A stretch of DNA of 63,898 bases, filler included, from Folioceros fuciformis (lineage: Eukaryota): NCBI GenBank assembly GCA_049999805.1. It is 6 parts of 5 records of this genome, joined end to end, with 100 filler letters (N's around TTAATTAATTAA, not from the genome) between each part and the next. Parts side by side here need not be neighbours in the genome. Positions count along the whole stretch, not along the records: positions 43,670 to 54,013 come from JBNGIO010005758.1; positions 54,114 to 58,543 come from JBNGIO010005762.1; positions 58,644 to 61,870 come from JBNGIO010005769.1; 3 more parts are not named here. One strand, 5' to 3'. Numbering within the stretch: position 1 is the first letter of the stretch; each line of letters begins with the position of its first letter. This document shows, in pieces, positions 49,095 through 61,743 of this stretch. The notes under the pieces were generated by a model, which was not told the origin of the DNA, did no database searches, and was given only the letters and a program-made list of their open reading frames with translations. The translations under genes and the position numbers were made by a program.

Positions 49095-52000
49095 CATGTG
49101 CCTCTAATGTATGGTGGATCCAATCAATTTGTAGATCAAGGCATCCTTGGAGGGTAGGTTTGTATAAGGAAAACGTTGGAAGCAAGGCGTCTCTATAAGT
49201 CTGGTTCTATAAACCCCGTGCACGCTTCGAACAGAACTTGCCATGTTGCAAAAGGTACGCTTGCTTGGACAGAGTGGAGATCGGGCACTTGCTCTGTACG
49301 AAACCTTTAGAGAAGTATTGACGGTTCCGTGGTTTTGTACATGGTTTCATTTAGTTCTATTGGCTCGCCGCTTGGAACCCTGCGCTGTCGAGCGTCTCAC
49401 TCTAAGTGGAGACCAGTCGTGGTAGGCTAGCTTCCCCTCTACGGCGGAAGGGAAGTCTCGTACAGATATGTATGTTTCTAGGACGACTGACTGTGTCTCT
49501 TACAAGTGTCCAACCCTTAGAGATGAAGGCAGAGGCCGCGTAAGCATCTACGAGTTCGTCGAGCTTCATTGGAAGCAACTTAGAGACGAAGGCAGGTGTC
49601 TTAGCCAAGTAAGAATCTACCTACATTGTCCAGCGTAATGGGAACCATGATGTGACTTGGTCAACAGGCGTCGTCCGCACAATCCCGTAGGTTGTCTCGA
49701 CTTGCCGAACCGTGTTGTGCACGGGAGGGTGTGTGAGGGCATAAATGGTGCTGATTGCTGCCGTGGAGTCTCCAAATGTGTTGCAACTTTCCACTCGTTG
49801 TTGCTGCCGACTGTAGAACATCAAAAAAAACTATCTGCATAGATTTGCGTGGACGGACAGTTCAAGAAATGGCGACCAGCTGTAGGAAAACATTGGGGAA
49901 TGGATGGCCTGGCGCAATTCGGCTAGGGCACTGGTTGCTCCTCATCATGGTGGCATCCAATCTTGCTTGTGCCAAAGCTTCTTTTGCGGCTATGTCGAGG
50001 GGAATAAGGTCGCAGGCACCAGGTGAGAGCCAATCGCTCTTGAGTTGTCGCTGTCCATTCGATTGGTTTCAAGACAGAAAATTTGACGATTGTCAACTGG
50101 GGCACCAGGCACCAGGAACTTGAAGCTTCATCATCTGGGAATGAGCACACTCGGTAGGCAAATCCACCCGGCTGCGCTCCGCCAGCATTTTCTAGAAACG
50201 GAGAGAAGACATTTTCAGACTCACCAGGTTGGAATCGACAACCTTGAATGCTAACAATTGTGTCATGCTGCAGTCCTGAACGGTTGTGCTCCGGGACCGT
50301 TGGCAGGTGTTCCAATCGCGTCGACTTCTAACGAGAAAGTCACCACCGATTGTCCAAACCCCACCGATTGGTAGCACCATTCCAGGCGCTGGGAGTAGGA
50401 ACCCGATCCCTCCCGCTAGGAGATAATGGCTGTTTACACTCTCAGGTCTGATCAAAGAATATGACCATGGTCTAGTTACATGTGGGACCATTCTGTTTTA
50501 GGGGCCAGCTCGTTCCAGGGCTGACCTGCACAGGCGAATTAGTACAGACATGCCTTGACGGTGCTGTACGCCAGTTTGCTATGCAACAATGAAACATCAC
50601 CACACATTTCTTCACTCCAGCCCACTCAAGTGCGCAACAAAGACGTGAGCACTGGAGATAGGGAGTCTCCTTCTGCTTGAACATCACTCTACAGCCTCAC
50701 ACATTTTCTTGTTCTTGTGGCTCCGTCATGCTTCTTATGGCGTCGATGCCTCGTAATTGGATGAGGGCCAAGCACGGAGTCTTCACACAATTCCCAATCT
50801 CTCCTATTATCTCTTATTTTCACAGGCAGTGACTATAATCAGGATGCAGATTGAGCTTGGGTGAGCGGGCAGCCTCCTGGTCTTTTGCGGCTCGCGTTCA
50901 CAAACCGTCCTTCCTACACTTGCATGGAGCCACAGTGGATAGGGAGGCAGAAACGGCGGATGGAACGGACAATCCGCGGAGTGGGGAAACCTGCAGGAAG
51001 GATAAAAATCAGTATTTGGTGATTACAAATCATCATGTATTGCATCCCTAGTTTTTAATCTTCAGGCATCATATGCCTCTAACATATCTTTTGCGAATTT
51101 GAACGATGCATTCAGTTTACACATCAAGGCATCGTTGAAGGGTAGGTTTTTATCAAGGCATCGATGGAAAGAAGGCGTTTCTATAAGTCCGTTGTAATAA
51201 ATCCTGTGCGCACTTTTTCTCAACACTAGCCGTGTTGCAAAACTGCTCGTGCTTGGACAAAGTGGATGACTGTCACTTGCTTTGCACGAAACATTTCGAA
51301 AGTACTGAAGTTCCTGCGGTTTTCTTTTGCAAATGGAAAGCTACCAGCGCTTCTTCGTACAACAAAGAAACTTCTTTATTCATTTTAAAATATCATACAC
51401 TCACCGCTTCGGCGTCTATGCGGACAAGGTTCTCACTCCAACTGGAGGCCGGCAGTGGCAGGTAGCCTAAGCTGGTTGCCACCAGTGGAAGTCTCTCAGA
51501 TGTTTCTACAGCCACTCACTGTGTCTCCTCCAGGTGTCCTACCCTTAGAGATCAACGCAGAGCCGACCGAGTAAGCATCTACAAGTTTGTCCAGCTTCAT
51601 TGGAAGCAACATCGAGACGAAGTCAGCGAGTCTTAACCAAGTCAGTAGCTACCTACTGTCCAGCTTCATTGAAATTACGATGTGACTTGGTCAACATGCG
51701 TCGTCCGCACAGTCACAAAGCTTGCTTCGACAGGTCGACGCGTGTTGTGCACGGGAGGGTGGTAAGAACATAAATGGTGCTGATCGCTGAAGTGGAGTGA
51801 GTCTCCATTGTGTCTCAAGTTTCCAGTCGTTGTTGCTGCAGGCTGTAGAAAATCAGAAAGAGCAATCTGCATAGAATTGCTTGGACTGACAGTTCAAGAA
51901 ATGGCGACCAGCTGTAGGAAAACAATGAGAAATGGATGGCCTGGCGCAATTCGGCTAGGGCACTGGTTTCTTCTCATCATGGTGGCATCCAATCCTGCCT

Positions 52001-53490
52001 GTGCCAAAGCTTCTTTTGTAGCTATGTCGAGTGGAATAAGGTCGCAGGCACCAGGTGAGATCCAATTGCTTTTGAGTTGCCGCTGTCCGTTCGATTTGTT
52101 TCAAGACAGCAAATTTGACGATTGTCAACTGGGGCACCAGGCATCAGGAACGTGGAGCTTCATCATCCGGGAATGAGCACATTCGGTAGGGAAACCCACC
52201 TGGCTGCGCTCCGTCAGCATTATGTAGAGGCTGGGAGAAAACAAGTTCACACTCCTCAGGTTGGAATCGACAACCTTCAATGCTAACAATTGTGTCATGC
52301 TTCAATCCTGAACTTCTGTGCCTCCGGGAACGTTGGCAGGTGTTCCAATCGCGTCGACTTCTGACGAGAACGTCTGACTCACCACCGACTGTGCAAACCC
52401 CACCGATTGCTAGCACCATTCCAGGCGCTGGGACTACGTACTGGAGTCCTCCACCTAGGAGATAATGGCTGTGTATAATCCCAGGTCTGATCAAAGAAAA
52501 TGACCATGGTCTAGTTCGATGTGGGAACGTTCTGCTGCTCAGGGGCTTACCTGCACAGGCGAATTAGTACAGATGCCTTGATGGTCCTGTACGCCAATTG
52601 CTATGCAACCATGAAACATCACCACACATTTCTTCATTCCAGGCTTGGTGACTTATGACAGTGTGTCAAGAGATCGCTTGGAGATTAAGGCACTTTGCCT
52701 AGAGATTAAGCCAGAGCCGACCGAGTGAACCTCTACCAGTTTGTCCAGGTTCATTGGAAGCAACTTAGAGACGAAGGCAGAGAGCCTTAACCGAGTGAGC
52801 ATCTACCTACATTGTCCAGCTTCATGGAAACCATGAGGTGACTTGGTCAACATACGACGAGGGAACGTTCAGCTTGCTCCGGGGCTGACCTGCACAGGGG
52901 AATTAGTACAGACATGCCTTGATGGTGCTGTAGGCCAACTTCTATGCAACAATGAACCGTCGCCACACATCTCTTCAATCCAGGCTCGGTGACTTGACAC
53001 AGCCTTGTGTAACTTATCTGACACTCCTTTTTAAATGACGGTAGCCATACGCTGGCCTGGTAAAACGGGCTTTCGACCTCATGCCCAGCCTTCAAGCAAA
53101 GAGCCCTGTGCGCAATACTGATAAACGAACGTGCCTAGTAGATGCAACGCAGACACAGGAAGTGATTGTCAGAAACACTGCAACCCTCAGAAATGATGAG
53201 ACAATAGTTGATGTTAGACTATACGGCAAGAGGAGGGCTCACCAGCCCACTCAAATGCACGACAAAGACGCAGAGCACTGGAGACAGGGACTCTCCTTCT
53301 GCTTAAATAAGGCTCTACAGCCTCACACATTTCCTTCTTCTTGTAGCTCCATCATGCCTCTCAGGGCAGCGATCCCTCGTAATTGGATGAGGGCAAAGCA
53401 CTGAGTCTCCACACAATTCCCAATCGCTCCTATTATCCCTTATTTTTGGAGGCATTGCCTACAATCAGGATGCATGTTCAGCTTGGGAGT
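49095..53490. repeat. Diverged ~2-kb tandem segmental duplication (2 copies plus a partial third internal block)
   Basis: 49100-50870 matches 51070-53490 (e.g. ORFs 49755-50123 and 51808-52176, offset 2053); blocks recur again at ~52700-53000. Confidence 0.85.
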
Positions 53491-53761
53491 ATGGCATGCC
53501 AAAGGGACACGCCCTTCTCTCTAGGCTTTTTTACAAACCCCAAGTCTTAAACCCTAATGTATATGAAAAAACTTGTGTGGAGGCCACTTAAAAGACGTTT
53601 CCTTGACAATAACCCTAAGCCCTAAATCCTATACCAAAACCATAAGCCATAAACCCTAAACCCCATGTATGGCATACCAAAAGGGGACACTCTCTCCAAA
53701 AAAATGCTTTCCCATGGGGTATCTACTCGAATATTCTCTTCTGATGTCTATCCGTTTTGGT

Positions 53762-53865
53762 AACCAACCAAATCGAACTGCGCACCAACTGCGCACCAAC
53801 CAAATCGAACTACGCACCAACTGCGCACCAACCAAATTGAACTGCGCACCAACTGCGCACCAAAG
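53762..53865 (+). repeat. 11-bp aactgcgcacc tandem array flanked by telomere-like aaccctaa motifs
   Basis: aactgcgcacc x~6 interspersed with aaccaaatcg; aaaccctaa-like motifs at 53549-53660; ccaaa(a)ggg(g)acac repeated at ~53499, ~53677 and ~53860. Confidence 0.7.
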
Positions 53866-54113
53866 GGGACACAGAAAAAAAAAAAAAAGCACAATTCTTC
53901 GTTTTCATTAAATACCACAACTCTTCATTTTCATGTTCACACTCTGTAAATTTATCATAGGTTTCCGTTCCCTAGGGTTGGATCTTCACAGAATATTCTC
54001 TTTTTAGGGTTGGNNNNNNNNNNNNNNNNNNNNNNNNNNNNNNNNNNNNNNNNNNNNTTAATTAATTAANNNNNNNNNNNNNNNNNNNNNNNNNNNNNNN
54101 NNNNNNNNNNNNN

Positions 54114-54372
54114 CTCCAAGTGAGCGGGGAAAATCCTTCTCTTTTCCCCTGGAGATGTTCTAGTAGTGTGCCATTGGGGACAAACTCGAAGACGAGGAGA
54201 GCGATTTTGTTCTCCATGGAACAGCCCAACAGCTTCACCAAGTGCCTGTGATTCACTCCGTACAGAATCTTGACCTCGTTGAGAAACTACTGCTTGTACT
54301 CGAGGGAGCCCTCCCAATTGCCCTTCTTGATGGCTACTCGTGTGCCGTCAGCGAGCTTGCCAGTGTAGACTG
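54114..54372 (-). pseudogene. Receptor-like kinase domain fragment (subdomains II-V)
   Basis: VYTGKLADGTRVAIKK...*FLNEVKIL..VNHRHLVKLLGCSME...LLVFEFVPNGTLLEHL...LTW; internal stop; glycine loop missing. Confidence 0.9.
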
Positions 54373-55745
54373 AGGTTGCCATGTACTCTGCTGCAATGAC
54401 AGTAGGAGTGTCTCTCTTTCCCCCCTCTATGTCAGAAAGTTGAGAAGGCGCAACAGGCAATGGGGTAAATTGTCCAAGACTATCATGAGCTGTAGAATCC
54501 CCGGTGTGGTCTGTGACAGGGAATCTTGAGAGATGAAGGGTGAGGAAGTGGTGTCTCCCATTCTACTAGTAGGTTTGGTGACCTCATGAAAGACAACAAC
54601 CCAGTTAAAAACAATCTTCTTCATAGTAAGATTGTACAACCTATAGCCTTTCACTGCATCTGATTAACCAAGCAGGAGACACTTCGTTCCATTAGCATCC
54701 CATTTGGTCCAGCTCTCCTTCGGGATACAAGCATAGACCACAGAACCGAAAACCCTCAAATGTCAGATATCAGGTTTTATACCAGACCAAGCTTCCTCTA
54801 GTGTCATACTAGGTACAACCTTTGTCGAAACTCTATTCAACACATAGGTTGCTGTCATGACAGCCTCGCCCCAAAAGTTGACTTGGAAGTCGATGTGAAA
54901 CAACATACACTTGGCTGCTTCCACAAGGCTCCGTCTCTTCTGCTTCACAACTCCATTTTGCTGCGGGGTGTGCGGAATCGTGAGTTGCCGTTTGATGCCG
55001 TTGTCCTTACAAGAACTTTGGAACTGAGAAGAAACATATTCTCCTCCATTGTCGCTCCGAAGCATCTTAAGGTGTTCACCACGTTCGGTCTCCACCAGAG
55101 TCTTCCACTCCTTAAAAGTCTGGAACACCTGAGATTTTTCTTTCAAAAGGTAAGTCCACGTCTTCCTTGTAAAATCATCAACAAAGATGAGCATGTAGCG
55201 ATTCCCACCCTGTGTAGGGTTCCGCATGGGACCGCTCATGTCAGTGTGGACTAATTCCAACCCCTTCTGTGCACGATGTGTCCCATCTAACATCCTGGAC
55301 ACAACTGTGTTGCAGTAATGTCCTTTAAATCTAATCCTGTCACCATGTCATGAGTCATCATCTGCTTGAGTCTGTCCACTCCGATGTGGCCCAAACGCTG
55401 CTGCCATAAATCGACAGACTCTATGTGGTTGTGTGAACTAGCCAGGAACGTACAAGCTTGCTTTCTCATTGAACCACAAAGGTTGTACAGATTTCCCACA
55501 CGAACACCACGAGCAACCACGTGTGATGGCTCAGGTTGTACAAGTTGAATGCGACAGCCTGTGGAGTTGAAGACTATTTCATGACCTGCATCTGCAATCC
55601 GCGCAACAGAAAGAAGATTCCTCGCGAGATTAGGTACATGATGCGCATTCTCAATACGTGCAGGGTTACCGCCCTGCAACTGAATGTGTAAGACTCCTTT
55701 CCCCTCGATATCATGTAACGTATTGTCACCAAGTGCCACTGTATG
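54373..55745 (-). mobile_element. Ty1/copia internal fragment (late protease, GAG-pre-integrase, integrase), no LTRs
   Basis: VPNLARNLLSV, LWQQRLGH, LELVHTDMSGP, FVDDFTR, RSDNGGEY, TPQQNGV, KGYRLYN. Confidence 0.93.
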
Positions 55746-56345
55746 GCCCTATTTCCAGACAAATCCACCGATCCGTGCAGATTGGAGAAGATGTAAGTAC
55801 GAATATCTGGAGGAATGGGGCCAGACAAGTTGTTGTGAGAAAGGTCCAGGTGCGCCACACTCCCCAATCCGGGCGGGATGGGACCCTGTAGACCATTCCA
55901 TGATAGATCCAACAAATCAAGAAAGTAGAGCTTGAGAATCATGTCCGGTAGTTGTCCCACTATTTGATTCCGGGAAAGATTCACCTGCTTCAGAGCGGAC
56001 ATTTGGAAGAAGGAATGCATCAAGGCCGTGAGATTGTTTTTGACTCTGTCCAGGTGTTGCAGATTGGGTGCAGTGGGCACATCCCCACTAAGCCGGTTCC
56101 TGCCGATCGAGAGTTAAGTGAGGCGTGCAAGTCCCTCCAAACTGGGGATCCCTCCAACGAAGTAATTACCAGACAGGTCCAGGTTCTTGAGTTGGTTCAG
56201 ATTCCCCACTACCTGAGGGATGGTGCCTCCTCCGAAATTGTTTGCAAGAGAGACTACCCGCAACTCTGGCATCCAGCCGAGGCTTTGGATGAAAACCTCA
56301 CCCCATCCGTGTAAATGGAGCAAGAGGCGAGAGCGATGGATGTTC
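55746..56345 (-). pseudogene. Plant extracellular leucine-rich-repeat fragment (LRR-RLK/RLP ectodomain)
   Basis: LxxLxLxxNxL/FxGxIP repeats: LANNFGGGTIP, LDLSGNYFVGGIP, LDLSWNGLQGPIP, LDLSHNNLSGPIP; contains a stop at ~56114. Confidence 0.9.
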
Positions 56346-56439
56346 AGGCGGTGGATTTAGCATTACATTGAAGCGTAGAAGGTTTGCATCTTTGTGCAGA
56401 GTCAAGCATCACGAGCGAGCTGTGTGGTTGTAACCGTTC

Positions 56440-57122
56440 CACTTATGCTCGTTGGTATCCTAACCTAGGATGAACCGTGCCCTGGTAGGCCTAAATACTA
56501 TTATTATTAATACTCCCACTTAGTGTTTAGGCCTTAGGCTTGGATCCTTTGTCCTACATGTACTTCATTAACTCGGATAGCCTCTTCAGCCCCATGTTGG
56601 CTGAATGTTCTTGATGCTTCACGCTGCTAAGTGCCTTTGTCAGCACGTCTGCTGTCCGTTGAGCAGTAGAGTACCATGAATTTGTTGTCGTTTACAACCT
56701 GTCTTATGAAATGAAATTATACCTCTACGTGTTTGGTACGAGCATGGAACTTCGAGTTGTAAGTTAGTGAGATAGCACCTTGATTTTCGCAGTACAAGGG
56801 TCTTGGTATCCGTTGAGTTTCTGCTAACTCCGTGAGCTCATAGAGCTGCCAAAGTCCATCCTTGCATGCGTGGGATAAGGAGTAGTACTCGGCCTTTATT
56901 GAGTTGAGTGCGACTGTTTGCTGTTGTTTGCTGCTCCAACTTGTTACTATCCCACCAAGTAGGTAAACGTAGCTACTTATGCTCTTTCTGTTGTTTGCTG
57001 CTCTAACTTGTTATTGTCCCACCAAGTAGGTAAATGTAGCTACTTATGCTCTTTCTGTCGTTTGCTGCTCCAACTTGTTACTGTCCCACCAAGTAGGTAA
57101 ACGTAGCTACTTATGCTCTTTC
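56440..57122 (-). mobile_element. Ty1/copia 3' end (RNase H, PPT, partial LTR)
   Basis: SWSSKQQQTVALNS..AEYY, YCENQGAISL...FHARTKHVEV, ADVLTKAL; PPT aagtgggag at ~56521-56513. Includes a 67-bp x3 tandem duplication at 56926-57122. Confidence 0.85.
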
Positions 57123-57124
57123 TT

Positions 57125-58480
57125 AAAAGAATGCATTACTGTTTATTTTCTAAGTAGCCAGCAATGAGTTAATTAAATAAATATTAAAACTGAACCGACA
57201 TGTATGGAACGTCATACATGCCATAGATTCATACGGGCGCATAGAAATGACATGCCCTAACTATTGAACTGTCATCACGGTCAAGGGACGCGCTCAACTG
57301 TCACCGTCACTCACAAAAGGGAGTGCAATGACGCATAACTAATTCTACTCTCTCATGTTTTTCTTCATCCAATTCTACCTAGTACGTCCTGAAAATACCT
57401 GTATGGTATTAGAGCAGCAGCATTGAATGGATCCCGCTGCCCCTCCAATCTTCTACACAACATGCAGAAGTGATAAATGCATCAAGCATTTGCCACATGA
57501 AAATTTTAGGCTGCTGTTAGATGCACTCATAAAATCTCTTGCAAAGATTTTTGGGGAAATGCGTGATACCTTTCTTGCATCCGGTGGTGTTTTTCACTTC
57601 TCTGATTAGTGAACGCTGCCATGCCTAGGAGAAATGGAAGGAGACAGTTCCACAATGCTGTATATGCTCAAACCAAAAATGTCGAGCATTTTTCTGCCTT
57701 CAACTGTCAAACCTCTAACAGCTTGCAATAGGCCATTTAGGCACGGTAAGCAACCTAGTGTTGCCAAACCTGATCCTCTTAGACATATTCCAGCCCAAGC
57801 ACGTGAGATATTGTCGAATGCACAACAAATTTCACAAGAAACATTAAGAGCTTTGACTAAACCTAGGCTTACCTTGTGTAATCGATGTACAAACATTTTA
57901 ACACGTATCCATCACCATCTGACTTGCTGCTAATAGAAATCTATGACCTCATTAAAACGGTGTCTGTAGGCACTCGCACTAGGGTCTTAGATCTTGCTGA
58001 ACAGACATCCACAGGAGCCAAAATCAGCCCACATTCGAAGAATGCAGCAAGTCCTTAATGATGCTGATGACATAATTGCCTTAGAGGTTAGGGAAGACGG
58101 CCGAATTCACCACAGAAGGTTAACGACGTCTCTTGGTCATGTTTAACTAAGAACATTACCCTTTAAATGTCAGACAACAATAGAGGACAACAACCTAGAC
58201 CAAACCCACCTAGAAAGGATGGAGGCAGATCAACTGGACGAGGTCACAACCCTGTGAATGCGTCAGATAGTGTTTTAGAAGAACTGAACATTTCAGCATC
58301 CTTTGATCCTCTTGCCTCCTCACAGTCAAATTCGTCCACCTCTGCGTCAGCACTTGCTGCACGTCGAGCAAGATTAGCTCAAGCTCATGCAGCTGAACAA
58401 GCTAGTTTAGTAGCACAACTTGCACTAGCAACTCACGCAATAAGAAACACTCTTGCCACTCACATAGTGTGTCAATAGGA
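57125..58480 (+). mobile_element. Ty1/copia 5' end: LTR remnant, PBS, extra upstream ORF, gag N-terminus
   Basis: PBS-like TGGTATTAGAGC at 57404-57415; frameshifted upstream ORF ~57620-58130 homologous to 63070-63543; ORF 58167-58478 homologous to the gag N-terminus at 62960. Confidence 0.75.
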
Positions 58481-61197
58481 TCAACTCCAATCTACTTGCA
58501 AGTGTAGGAGAGGAGAGGAGAGAAGAGAGGGTGGTATTGGTGANNNNNNNNNNNNNNNNNNNNNNNNNNNNNNNNNNNNNNNNNNNNTTAATTAATTAAN
58601 NNNNNNNNNNNNNNNNNNNNNNNNNNNNNNNNNNNNNNNNNNNGCATTCATGTCATTGTCGTTGTCACCCTCAAGGTTAATGTCAAACTCTCCATCAGCG
58701 CTTGTCTCTTGATGAGTAAAATTAGCAGGTGGAGACGGGGGCGCATCCTCATCCCCGTCATGGCTGTGAGTGTCACTGTCACTGTCAGATGAGAAGTAAG
58801 TATCTGACATACTACTCTGATCACTACTCTCTATGGACGTCTTTGAGCTTGAGTCCAGGACATGATGCTCGTCAAAAATGGCATGCCGAGAGTAGCTCAT
58901 CTTCCGAGTTGCTGGATCAAAGACTTTGTAACCCTTGATCCCCTCCTGTATCCTACAAACAGCTGCTTGCTTGCTTTGTAATCCATCTTCCGTCTAGTCT
59001 GAGTAGGGACATGGATGTACACAGGTGAGCCGAAAACACGGAGGTGAGTTATGCGTGGTTTGTGACATGTCCAGCGCTGATATGGAGTCTCTCCTGTGAA
59101 TGCTGATGTGGGCCAGCCTGTTCTGGATGTAGGTAACAGCAGCTACTGCCTCAGCCCAGTACCCTCGAGACAGCTGAGCCTGATGAAGCATTGTCTTCGC
59201 ACATTCTTGAATGTAACGATTCTTCCTTTCTGAAAGAGGGTTTTGATCAGCAGAATAGGCCACGGTAAATTGTCTTGCTATGCCTTCCTTTTCACAGTAT
59301 GCTTTGAAGTCTCCAAGGGCCAGTTCACCCGCATTGTCACTTCTAAGAGTCTTCAATTTGTGGCCTGTGAAGCGCTCAGCATACTGTATGTATTTCACAA
59401 ACATGTCTAATGCCTGACTTTTATATGACAGATAGTATGTCAGGGTAAAGCAACTCCAATCATCAACAAAGACCATGAAGTACTTGGCCCCACCAAAGGA
59501 TGTGGTTGACATCGGGCCACACAGGTCAGTATGCACTACTTCTAAGAGCTATGTAGCTCGTGTGGCATCCTTATTGTCATGTGGCAGCTTATGATGCTTG
59601 CCATACATGCAAGATTCACAAAACACATCATCTGGGATTGACAAGTCTAGTTTATCTTTGTACAGTTCCGAGTTGGCCAAGCTTTTGAGTTGCTGAAAGT
59701 TTGTATGCCCAAGTCGGCAATGCCACAGGAAAGCTTCAGCTGATGCTGAGATTCTTCTCGAGACAAATGCTCGTGCACTTGATTTCCCTTCATTTACTCT
59801 CCGAAGAGCGATGTCCAGCTTGTACAGGTCGTGAACAGGTGAGCCTCGAGCAATTGGGCTGCCATCTCCCCCTTCATCACTTACAATGCAAGTCTCAGCC
59901 TGAAAACATACTCTGAACTTGTGCACCTTGCAGAGTTGTCGAACTGACACAAGGTTCTTCGCCATCTGTGGGACGTACAGCATGTCATCTAGAGTTAGAA
60001 TAGCGCCACTATGTAGTGTGACCTCGACAGCACCTGAACCTTCGATCTTCAGGCCGCTGTCGTCTCCCAACAGCACGTACTGCCGTGCAGGGCCTTGCTT
60101 GTAAGAAACAAATGCAGACTTGATGTTGCAGATGTGAGCAGAAGCCCCGGAGTCCAGATACATCGCGCACTTGTCGCCGGCCGAATGCACCAGGTATACA
60201 GCAAGGATGGATGGGCCCCGAGCCTTAGTAGCCGCATGTGCTTCTGGAGGTGCTGTACGGCGAGGTTCGCCCGCCTTCTTCTTGCGACACTCATGTTCGT
60301 GGTGTCCAGGGAAAAGACACCAGTTGCAACTTCCTTTCTTCGTTGAAGGTGAGCTCCCCCAGCCTCTGTTGTCTGCTGGCTTCTTGGATTGCCAAGGTGG
60401 TCGGCTGCCTTGAAAACGGCCTCGCCCTCTCCCTCTTGCGGCAAAGAGGACTTGATTGTTGCTGTTGCCCGATGAGGTAGCTCCTCGAGTAGACTTGTGG
60501 GAGGACTCCTCCTCCAGCAATGCGCCAATAATCTCTGACATTGTGATTGCAGGCGCTGTACCTGCAAGCGCTGCTGCTGCTGCTCGCAAGGTGGCGTTTT
60601 GCGTACTTACAAAAGTTCTGGAGCGTTCTGGGAGGGACATGAGGAGGGCAACAGCAGCTTGGAGCTCCGAGACCTTTGTGCCGGCCGACGCCAGCCGTTG
60701 CCTCAAGTGGCGAAACTGCTGGATTTGTTGTTCAACCGACTGCGACTCCTTCATGTGCAGGTTCCAGAAAAGATGGCTGGCTGAAACAAGCGATGTTGAG
60801 TTTGTTGTTGCGAAAACTTGATGGAGGGACGCCCAAGCCTGTGCTGTGGTCTCAGCGTCGTCGACATGGTGCATCATCGAGCTGTCCAGCGCTGACTGGA
60901 GTAGAGCTCGTGCACGCAGGTCGGTTTTCTCCCATCTTGCGATGGCGTCAGGGGAAGCCGTTGCGGCAGCAGGCTTGGCTGTTGCGCCAGAAGCCACATC
61001 CCACAAGTCCTCTAGTTGGAGAAGAGTCTTCACTCTCTGCATCCAGACATCATATCTGAAGCCGTCGAACCAATCTCGATCCTTGAAGTCAAACCTTATG
61101 TTTGGTACCGGCGTCGCCATAACTTTGACTTGCTTCTGCAACTTTTGCTTCCGCTCTGGTGAAGCAGACCAGGCCTTCCTCCTTGCACGAGGATCTT

Positions 61198-61611
61198 TTA
61201 CAGGTTCGCTCCCTGTTGGCTCTTGTGACTTCCCTCTACGCCCTCTAGAAAACATTCGCCTGTGGCCTCCACATACTGCTCCAGCAAAATCTCTTTGGAT
61301 GCGTTTACTGACTGCTGGTCTTTGCGCAACTGTGAGGCTTGGTGAGACAAGTTAGCAAGAGCTTGATGCGCTCTTGAGACGGAGATCTTGAGATCGTTGA
61401 CAGAATCCAGGAGATCTGGCAGCCGAGTTCTACAGTAGGAGGACAGGGAATCGATGAGAGATAGACCATCCGACTCGTAATGTGAGGGATAATGGAAAGA
61501 GGTTGGTCTTGTGTGTGCACAGTTATCGCAGCAGAGTGGAGGTGTTGAGTTTCTAACAAATCTGTGCTGTGGTGCATGCCAGTGAGAACCTTGGCACCTT
61601 CTCTGAGGCAT
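61198..61611 (-). CDS. Extra upstream ORF of copia element (CxxC plus coiled-coil-like tail), unknown function
   Basis: ATG-initiated 137 aa between PBS and gag, overlapping the gag start by 58 nt; MPQRR start, CDNCAHT. Confidence 0.5.
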   Translation of the reverse strand: MPQRRCQGSHWHAPQHRFVRNSTPPLCCDNCAHTRPTSFHYPSHYESDGLSLIDSLSSYCRTRLPDLLDSVNDLKISVSRAHQALANLSHQASQLRKDQQSVNASKEILLEQYVEATGECFLEGVEGSHKSQQGANL

Positions 61612-61731
61612 TGGCGCCCTTCAGAGATCAAGACCTGGTGCTTCGATTTCCCAAAACTCGCGCTATCATCCTCATGGGGACTATGAGCGTAGGGCGATCG
61701 CCTGGTGTGTGCACAGTGCTAGAAAAACATG

Positions 61732-61743
61732 GCTCTGATACCA
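61732..61743 (-). promoter_or_regulatory. Primer binding site (tRNA-iMet)
   Basis: gctctgatacca on + strand, directly abutting the LTR end (tgttg...). Confidence 0.92.

Noticed and set aside
56926-57122. Exact short tandem duplications (also 13203-13293, 23897-23940, 26968-27134 and around the 26242 gap) as functional elements
   Set aside because: They sit at fragment junctions or gaps and disrupt frames; slippage or assembly artefact is more likely.
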